Source: Ruminococcus sp.
GTDB taxonomy: Bacteria; Bacillota; Clostridia; Oscillospirales; Ruminococcaceae
Assembly (NCBI GenBank): GCA_021205185.1
Contig: JAJPYB010000011.1
Span: 33,990-97,989, forward strand
DNA: 64,000 bases
Reading direction: 5' to 3'
Shown: piece by piece, positions 57,484 to 64,000 of the stretch
Numbering within the stretch: position 1 is the first letter of the stretch
Layout: each line of letters begins with the position of its first letter
Position numbers and translations under genes: made by a program
Notes under the pieces: model-generated
Seen by the model: only the letters and a program-made list of their open reading frames with translations
The model's database searches: none
Told to the model about the DNA's origin: nothing

Positions 57484-58626
57484 ATGGATATTATAAGCCT
57501 GATAGATATGTTTTTCATAAACATTATGCTTGATATAAGAAACAGCACCCTGAGCTTTTTTATGGGTATTTTTTCTTCCATTGGAAATGCCGGCAGGTGC
57601 TGGATTGTAATTTGCGTGCTACTTCTTTTATTCAGAAGAACCAGAAGGGTTGGATTGCTGGCGCTTGTTTGTCTGCTCGTTGAATGGGTGCTGAACGACT
57701 ATGTGCTAAAGCTTATAATAGCAAGAGAACGTCCCTTTGATGTTTACCCTTGGATTACAACCGTTATATCGCAGCCTACTGACTATTCTTTTCCGTCAGG
57801 GCATTCAGCCTCCTCGTTTGCTTGCGCCACAGCGCTTTATCTTCAAAACAAAAAAATCGGAAGGCCAGCCTTTCTTCTCGCCGCACTTATTGCGTTTTCA
57901 AGGCTGTACTTCTGCGTACATTTCTTTACGGACGTTTTGGCAGGCTGTATATTTGGATTTTTGGTTTCCTATATTCTGCTGAGAGTGGTTTACCCGAAGG
58001 TATTTCAAAGCTACGCTAAAAAGGTATATCAAAGCTCTAAGAGCTTTTCCCTTTGCGAGGGATTTAGCCGTTCGCCTGTTGATGATGAGGTGTTTGAGCG
58101 AATTAACGGCATTTCATTCAAGGCGGATACGGAAACCAAAAGGTATATGCTTCATTACATAAAGGTTTTGTATATTGGCTTTGACGGCAAGACGCATTCA
58201 GGCGAGCTTATTGCAAGCAGACTTATTTCTAAAAGACTGCTCAGGATTTTCAACAAGCTTTATAAAAACGGCTACCAAATAGAAAAAATTCGTCTTATAG
58301 ACGAATACGGCGCAGACGATGAAAAAAGTATGAGCGACAACAATTCGTCAGCCTTCTGCTATCGAACTATTGCAAATACTGAAAAAATATCCAACCACGC
58401 CAAAGGTCTGGCGGTTGACATAAATCCTTTATACAATCCGTACATTCAAAACGGCAAGGTCCTGCCCTCATGCGCTGAAAGATACGCTGACAGGACTAAG
58501 AGCTTTTCACACAAGCTTGACAAAAAGGATCTTTGCGTAAAGACGTTTAAATCATATGGATTCAGTTGGGGCGGCGATTGGAAGAACGGAAGCAAGGACT
58601 ATCAGCATTTTGATATTAGCTTTTAA
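57484..58626 (+). CDS. fusion protein: N-terminal PAP2 lipid-phosphate phosphatase plus C-terminal M15 (LAS-type, VanY/VanX-like) D-Ala-D-Ala peptidase domain
   Basis: PAP2 motifs are [14 protein letters not shown] and [12 protein letters not shown]. The M15 zinc motif is [10 protein letters not shown] (SxHxxGxAxD), with a terminal WGGDW...DYQHF. Confidence 0.75.
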   Translation: MDIISLIDMFFINIMLDIRNSTLSFFMGIFSSIGNAGRCWIVICVLLLLFRRTRRVGLLALVCLLVEWVLNDYVLKLIIARERPFDVYPWITTVISQPTDYSFPSGHSASSFACATALYLQNKKIGRPAFLLAALIAFSRLYFCVHFFTDVLAGCIFGFLVSYILLRVVYPKVFQSYAKKVYQSSKSFSLCEGFSRSPVDDEVFERINGISFKADTETKRYMLHYIKVLYIGFDGKTHSGELIASRLISKRLLRIFNKLYKNGYQIEKIRLIDEYGADDEKSMSDNNSSAFCYRTIANTEKISNHAKGLAVDINPLYNPYIQNGKVLPSCAERYADRTKSFSHKLDKKDLCVKTFKSYGFSWGGDWKNGSKDYQHFDISF

Positions 58627-58640
58627 AGGAGAGAAAACTT

Positions 58641-60116
58641 ATGAAACAAGCGCAGCTTAAAATTGACAGGGACAAAAAGCTTTCAAGGGTAAGCAAAAAC
58701 ATTTACGGACACTTTTCAGAGCATCTGGGAAGATGTATCTATGACGGAATTTACGTCGGCGAGGATTCAAATATCAAAAACAAAAACGGTATGCGAAGCG
58801 ACGTAGTTGACGCACTCAAGGAAATAGGCACGCCTGTTCTTCGCTGGCCGGGCGGCTGCTTTGCTGACGAATACCATTGGCGGGACGGAATAGGCGAAAA
58901 ATCAAAGCGTCGTAAAATGATAAACACGAACTGGGGCGGTACGGTTGAGGACAATTCCTTCGGCACGCACGAGTTTTTTGAGCTATGCGAGCAAATAGGC
59001 TGTGAGCCGTATATTGCCGGAAATATGGGCAGCGGCACAGTTCGGGAAATGAGTGAATGGATAGAATATATGACCTTTGACGGCGAAAGCGACCTTGCAA
59101 ATCTAAGACGTCAAAACGGCAGAGATAAGGCCTGGAAATTAAAGTATTTCGGAATCGACAACGAAAGCTGGGGCTGTGGCGGAAGTATGTCGCCTGAATA
59201 TTATTCTGACGTTTATCGCCAATACCAGAGCTTTTGCAAAAATTTAAGCGGCAACCAGCTTTACAAGGTTGCCTGCGGACCGAACGCCGACGACTACAAC
59301 TGGACAGACAAGATAATGTCGAGGCTTGATCCGAACTGGCACTTAAACGCTATTTCGCTTCACTACTATACAATTCCAACAGGCGACTGGGGCAAAAAAG
59401 GCTCGGCGACAGAGTTTTCAGACGCTGAATACTACTAGACGATTTCAAAAACTCTTTATATGGACGAGCTGATCACGAAGCACTCTGAGATTATGAAAAA
59501 ATACGACCCGAACGGCAGGGTCAAGCTCTTTGTTGATGAATGGGGAATCTGGTGCGATGTTGAAGAGGGCACTAATCCCGGATTTTTGTACCAGCAAAAC
59601 TCGATGCGTGACGCTATTATCGCCGCTATAAACCTGAACATTTTCAACCTGCACAGCGACGTTGTAGGAATGGCAAACATAGCGCAGGCGGTAAACGTAC
59701 TTCAATCGGTTGTACTGACCGACGGCGAGCAAATGGTAAAAACGCCTACCTTCTATGTTTTCAAAATGTTTAAGCCACACCACGACACAACTCTTATCTC
59801 CAGCGAAATTTCAAACATTTCAACCGGTAACTCTCAAAACGAAATTTCTGCTCTCTCCTGCTCGGTAACGGAAAGCGAGGACGGAATATTCGCAACAATT
59901 TCAAATTGCTCGCTGAGCGACGACATAACGCTCACCATAAATCAAGGTGAGATTGCTTTCGCTCAGATTATATCAGCCCAAAGCGCAAGCTCGTACAACG
60001 ACTTCGGCGAGGACGAAAAGGTAACGCTTAAAGACTACGCAGACTTCAAGCGTAACGGCGACAGCACAGAAATAATAATTCCACGCTGTTCGGTTGTTTC
60101 GGTAAGATTTCAATGA
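58641..60116 (+). pseudogene. abfA: GH51 alpha-L-arabinofuranosidase interrupted by a single in-frame TAG (59436-59438)
   Basis: Track ORFs 58641-59438 and 59460-60116 are in the same frame. [25 protein letters not shown] and ..FVDEWGIW..GFLYQQNSMRDA are GH51 hallmarks. The sequence reads ..DAEYY-TAG-TISKTLYMDELITKH.. Confidence 0.8.
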
Positions 60117-60367
60117 ACAAGGTAAAATGCAGGCGCTGTCTTTTAGAGGATATGGATCAGAATGAGTTTTTCAAGACTCTCTCGGAATACATATCCCACT
60201 ATCCCGAAGAAAAGCGGGTTCAAAGCAGCGTATACAAAGCTCGGCTTGACATCTGCAAAGCCTGCAACGAGCTTATAAACGGAATGTGCCGAAAATGCGG
60301 CTGCTACGTTGAGCTTCGAGCACTAAAGAAAAATAAAAACTGCCCCGATGTACCAAAGAGGTGGTGA
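60113..60367 (+). CDS. small Cys-rich hypothetical protein
   Basis: 84 aa with CRRC...CKAC...CRKCGC..C motifs. Its start overlaps the abfA stop (ATGA). Confidence 0.5.
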   Translation: MNKVKCRRCLLEDMDQNEFFKTLSEYISHYPEEKRVQSSVYKARLDICKACNELINGMCRKCGCYVELRALKKNKNCPDVPKRW

Positions 60368-60372
60368 AGAAA

Positions 60373-60407
60373 GACCGCAGAGGACCAAAATCCTCTGCGG
60401 TCTTTTC
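60373..60407 (+). terminator. rho-independent terminator
   Basis: GACCGCAGAGGA-ccaaaa-TCCTCTGCGGTC forms a 12-bp stem followed by TTTTC. Confidence 0.8.
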
Positions 60408-60668
60408 TATCCCTCACCCACAGTTTATTTGCCTATACACATAGTATACTTCGCATTTTGTGTACTTGGAAATTTCCTGATAAAATGCACAAAAACTGAC
60501 AAACGGCAAAATTCACGGTCAGGTGTAAATTACTACATTGGCAGGCTAAAGAATGCGTATAAAGCTAATATATTTGCTAAACTATTGACGAAAATGGCAA
60601 ATCAAGTAGTGTACAAATATAGTTGTATCTAGTTCTTATTGCATTCTAATTATTAGCCCGCCATTGTA

Positions 60669-60697
60669 TTGACAAAAAATACGAAAACGTGTACAAT
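60669..60697 (+). promoter_or_regulatory. near-consensus sigma-A promoter (TTGACA-N17-TACAAT)
   Basis: ttgaca at 60669-60674 and tacaat at 60692-60697. Confidence 0.6.
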
Positions 60698-60703
60698 GAA
60701 TTA

Positions 60704-60772
60704 AAGCAAAGCAGTTATACCATACACTGTCTACTACCTTTGAAGCTGCCATTTCAAAGGTAGCTTTTGTTA
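60704..60772 (+). ncRNA. candidate ~70-nt small RNA or leader transcript bounded by a promoter and an intrinsic terminator
   Basis: There is no ATG or ORF between the inferred TSS (~60704) and the terminator hairpin at 60734-60763 plus its T-run. No known RNA family was recognised. Confidence 0.35.
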
Positions 60773-60774
60773 TT
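60734..60774 (+). terminator. rho-independent terminator
   Basis: CTACCTTTGAA-gctgccat-TTCAAAGGTAG forms an 11-bp stem followed by CTTTTGTTATT. Confidence 0.7.
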
Positions 60775-60926
60775 GAACTTCGTATCCGCAGATTTGTCTA
60801 CTGTAATTGTAGCACACGTAATACGAATTGTCAACATAAAAGTACACAAAAACCGAATTTTCGTCATTTTTAATCATTGATGTGAAAAGTTTTTGTGTAT
60901 TTGTCACAAATATGAGGTCAATTTTT

Positions 60927-61289
60927 ATGTGTACACTAGATAAGATTTTAATGGAGCTTAAGGCTCGAAATCTTTCCCAAAAGGCGTTGGCGAGCTACCT
61001 CAATATAAGTAAAAACGCTGTTTCCGAATGGAAATCGGGAAGAAATGAAGCTTACAAAAAGTACCTCCCTCAGATTGCAAAATTTCTCGGAGTATCTGTA
61101 TCTTATTTGACTGGCGAAACCGACATTCCTGTAGTATTGGAAGGCTCAAATGTCGATGATATTGCAAAGCAAGCTCTCTTTGGACAAACACAAGACGTCA
61201 CCGACGAAATGTATAATGAAGTCAAGCAATACGCCGAAATGGTAATGCTTCGGGAGCAGGTAAAGCAAAACAAAAAGGACAAGCTTTAG
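60927..61289 (+). CDS. XRE-family (Cro/CI-type HTH) transcriptional regulator
   Basis: The likely start is the ATG at 60927: MCTLDKILMELKARNLSQKALASYLNISKNAVSEWKSGRN. The track ORF starts upstream at 60882. Confidence 0.8.
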   Translation: MCTLDKILMELKARNLSQKALASYLNISKNAVSEWKSGRNEAYKKYLPQIAKFLGVSVSYLTGETDIPVVLEGSNVDDIAKQALFGQTQDVTDEMYNEVKQYAEMVMLREQVKQNKKDKL

Positions 61290-61299
61290 ATGCTTGTCC
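61266..61299 (-). terminator. terminator after the GH42 gene (overlaps the 3' end of the XRE gene)
   Basis: Minus-strand sense: GGACAAGC-atctaaa-GCTTGTCC followed by TTTTTGTTTT. Confidence 0.6.
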
Positions 61300-61315
61300 A
61301 TATACTCAACTCCCC

Positions 61316-63265
61316 TCACCCATCCACTATTTTACATTCAAAAGGGGCGAGGTTAATTCCGTTTACCCTGACGGCGAAGTCGTTGTGATTTATATACATT
61401 GTAACGCTCTGCTCGTTTGAACGGCGCTTTACAATTTCAACGCCGTCGGGAGAAATAAGCGTTTTAATCTTCGCTTTTTCAATAACGGAATTTATGATTT
61501 GCGTTAATATTTGCTCGGTCAGACCGCAGCCTATATAGTAGGCTATTCCTTTTCCGCTTTTCTTTTTCGTTACAGCCGCAAACTCTTTATTAAACTTATC
61601 ACCGTAGCGAAATAAAACCTCGGCGTCTATCGGCTTTATCATATCTCGGAAGGCTCCACCCTTGCCAAATGTACCGTCAAACTCACCGCTGCCTGCAACC
61701 TCAAAGCATTCCTCGTCCTGCAAGCTTTCTGTTTCCTCGACTGTTATGCCTAAAAGCTCGGTGTAGTTTACGGGAATTGCTTTCCCAAAAAACAGGTTGT
61801 TGTTTTCATCCTTGACAGCCGAGCGGTAGGTAAAGATTGCTATTCCGCCGTTATAAACAAAATTTTTCACACGTTGTTCCATATCAGGCTTTGTAATTAT
61901 AAGCTGTGGTAGGACAACTATTTTTTTGTCCGAAAAATCCCTGTCCTCGGGGATTATATCAACTCCGACATTCAGGTCATAGAACAGCTTGTAAAGCTTT
62001 GTCATTTGCTGTGGAACATCTAAAAGTATACTTTGCCGCTGTATGCGAAATGACGCTAAGGAATCATAGTCGTAAACAATCGCTACGTCGTTTTGAATTT
62101 CAGACGACAGGGCGCTTTCATAAGAAGCTATATCGCTAAAAAAGCTTTGAACCTCGTAAAACTTTCGTCCTGGCACATTATCAGCGTCAATTACGCCGTA
62201 GCAAAACTGCTCAGCTCCCTTTGTCGCTCCCCTGTACCGAAAGTACAAAAGCGCTTCGCCGCCGTGCGCCATAGCCTGATACGACCACATTTTCGCCTGA
62301 TTTGGTCTTGGTAAGTACCCTGTCACATCGTGTCCCTGCGCTCCCATTATCGCTTCCGTTATCCAGAAGTTTTCTCCCTTCAATCCTCTTATATAATCCA
62401 GTCCGAACGCTATCTCGTGCGGCAAGATAGGCTCTTTTTGTCCTCCCCAGACGGGATAGTTGTTGCAGCCTGCCTTATCGACAAGCTTTGCTACCTTTGA
62501 ATAGTCGACGTGCTTTGTAAGTCCTCCGCCCGGAAAATCGTGCATCAAGGTAGCATTTGGTGAAATCTCTCTTATAAGTCTTGCCTGAAAAGCTATAAAA
62601 TCAACTATCAGGCGGCTTCTAAAACGCTCCCAATCAAGCCGAAGCGCAGGATTGTGAGTAGTTATTGTTTCTGACGGCAGAGGTATTTCATCGAAGCTGT
62701 TATACTCCTGCGACCAGAAGGTTGTGCCATAAGTGTAGTTAAGTTTATCAATATCGCCGCCGAATTTTTCCTTTAAAAAGCTTTGAAATTTACGATGGCA
62801 GCTTTCACAAAAGCAAATATCGCTCCCCTCGTGTCCTATTTCGTTATCTATCTGCCAAGCGACGATTGCGCTCTCGTTTTTGTAATGAGAAACCAACGCA
62901 CGAACAATTTTCTGTGAATACTCATACAAGCAGTCGCTTGAGAAGCAGTAGTTGTGCCTACCGCCAAAGGTTCTCTTTTGGCCGTTTTCAAATTCCGACA
63001 AAATCTCAGGGTGTTTTCTTGCTAACCACGCAGGAATTGTCGCAGTAGGCGTACCCATTATAACAAAAAGACCTCGCTCTTTTGCCTTCTCTATAACCCT
63101 GTCAAAAAAGGAGAAGTCAAACTCCCCTTCCGTCTTTTCCATTAAATGCCACGAAAATTCCGCTATTCTTATAGTATTGCAGCCAAGCTCTACGATTCTG
63201 TCCAAGTCCTCATCAAGCATATTTTCGTCCCATTGCTCAGGATAATAATCCACTCCCAGATACAT
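61316..63265 (-). CDS. GH42 beta-galactosidase
   Basis: 649 aa with an N-terminus LGVDYYPEQW...IRIAEFSWHLMEKTEGEFDF and length typical of GH42. Confidence 0.9.
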   Translation of the reverse strand: MYLGVDYYPEQWDENMLDEDLDRIVELGCNTIRIAEFSWHLMEKTEGEFDFSFFDRVIEKAKERGLFVIMGTPTATIPAWLARKHPEILSEFENGQKRTFGGRHNYCFSSDCLYEYSQKIVRALVSHYKNESAIVAWQIDNEIGHEGSDICFCESCHRKFQSFLKEKFGGDIDKLNYTYGTTFWSQEYNSFDEIPLPSETITTHNPALRLDWERFRSRLIVDFIAFQARLIREISPNATLMHDFPGGGLTKHVDYSKVAKLVDKAGCNNYPVWGGQKEPILPHEIAFGLDYIRGLKGENFWITEAIMGAQGHDVTGYLPRPNQAKMWSYQAMAHGGEALLYFRYRGATKGAEQFCYGVIDADNVPGRKFYEVQSFFSDIASYESALSSEIQNDVAIVYDYDSLASFRIQRQSILLDVPQQMTKLYKLFYDLNVGVDIIPEDRDFSDKKIVVLPQLIITKPDMEQRVKNFVYNGGIAIFTYRSAVKDENNNLFFGKAIPVNYTELLGITVEETESLQDEECFEVAGSGEFDGTFGKGGAFRDMIKPIDAEVLFRYGDKFNKEFAAVTKKKSGKGIAYYIGCGLTEQILTQIINSVIEKAKIKTLISPDGVEIVKRRSNEQSVTMYINHNDFAVRVNGINLAPFECKIVDG

Positions 63266-63280
63266 ATGCAGCTCTCCCTT

Positions 63281-64000
63281 CTAGCCCTTTCGCCTTGCTT
63301 GAATTTCTTCCCTTACCTTTTTATAAAAGGCAGGTGTCAGCTTATACCACCTAGCGTAAATCAAAAAGCAAAGAGCCGATAAAATCGAAGGAATCAAAAA
63401 CATAATAACTCTCATTCCGTTTTCAGCGCTCGGCGTTTGCTCGCTGTTTTCAACATAGCCTATAAGGGTAAGTCCCACGCCGCTTAAAAATCCGCTGAAC
63501 GCTCCTGCGAACTTAACCACAAACGTTTGCATTGAAAATAAAATGCTTTCGTTTCTTGTGCCCAGCTTATACTCTCCATAGTCTACCACCTCAGAGAGAA
63601 TGACTGTTACAAACACAAGCATAAAGCCTATACCAATATTTACAATTGCGCTGCACACGCCAACTCCAATAATGCTTGTCGGCGCAACGTATCCTAAAAT
63701 CCAAAGTAAGACAAAGCCAAAAACAGGGCAAAAGCTTGCTAAGAAAAAAGACGCCTTCTTGCCAATTTTTTGCGAGATTGCAGGCAGAACTGCCATTGAA
63801 CCCATTTGCGCAAAGCCGGCTACCGACGCGTAAACAGGATACAGCACGCCGCTCGTATCCGTTTCAAAGGTTCGCTCGGATACATATTTAAAATAATATA
63901 AAGCAAAGCTGTTTGAAAGCTGATAGGCGACGTTAAAAAGCAGGGCGATAGCCAAAATCACCTTTACCATATCGTTTTTTAAAAGAACTCTGCCCATACC
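63281..64000 (-). CDS. MFS/GPH-family glycoside-cation symporter; C-terminal part, with the 5' end beyond the window
   Basis: The frame is open to the window edge and polytopic. It lies 15 nt upstream of the GH42 gene, suggesting an operon. Confidence 0.75.
   Translation of the reverse strand, partial: GMGRVLLKNDMVKVILAIALLFNVAYQLSNSFALYYFKYVSERTFETDTSGVLYPVYASVAGFAQMGSMAVLPAISQKIGKKASFFLASFCPVFGFVLLWILGYVAPTSIIGVGVCSAIVNIGIGFMLVFVTVILSEVVDYGEYKLGTRNESILFSMQTFVVKFAGAFSGFLSGVGLTLIGYVENSEQTPSAENGMRVIMFLIPSILSALCFLIYARWYKLTPAFYKKVREEIQARRKG

Larger units (their letters stand above)
60456..60936. promoter_or_regulatory. array of TTTTGTGTAC / GTACACAAAA-like motifs (candidate operator sites for the adjacent XRE regulator)
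   Basis: Copies were read at 60456-60465, 60485-60496 (degenerate), 60607-60618, 60685-60697, 60842-60853 and 60889-60900 (an inverted pair matching 11 of 12), and 60923-60936 (overlapping the XRE start codon). Confidence 0.4.

Noticed and set aside
60348-60632. 94-aa ORF downstream of the Cys-rich gene.
   Set aside because: It spans a strong terminator (60373-60407) and AT-rich intergenic DNA, has no SD, and its sequence is low-complexity.

Overview
This is a low-GC, Firmicutes/Clostridia-like chromosomal window. That assignment is an inference from spo0A, spoIIP, the AT-rich sigma-A promoters and the gene content. Conserved housekeeping blocks are argG and trmB (1-2.2 kb), ilvBNC (47.9-51.2 kb) and pstSCAB-phoU (53.0-57.3 kb). 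Accessory content includes a GH5 cellulase flanked by a 215-bp direct repeat, and a MarR plus two-gene ABC exporter module. A tRNA-Ser is followed by decayed prophage fragments. A spo0A gene is accompanied by two receiver-less Spo0A C-domain paralogs. A GH51/GH42/MFS glycoside-utilisation cluster sits at the right end. The dominant feature is a ~27.4-kb Wzx/Wzy-type polysaccharide locus (20009-47415) lying entirely on the minus strand. It carries a priming sugar transferase, Ugd, GT2/GT4/GT11 transferases, two AT3 acyltransferases, two SGNH esterases, three hexapeptide acetyltransferases, two pyruvyl transferases and three FrhB-like Fe-S proteins. The main finding is that this locus alone contains nine homopolymeric G tracts (coding-strand sense) of 6-10 nt. 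Six of them coincide exactly with frame breaks that a 1-nt length change would repair. This matches the pattern of a multi-switch slipped-strand phase-variation (contingency) system acting on glycan-decorating enzymes. Homopolymer assembly error is the main alternative and must be excluded with reads. The locus also shows genuine decay: two in-frame nonsense codons (a third lies in the GH51 gene outside the locus), gmd, GT10 and GT4 remnants, and extra frameshifts. No CRISPR array, IS element, transposase or integrase was recognised.
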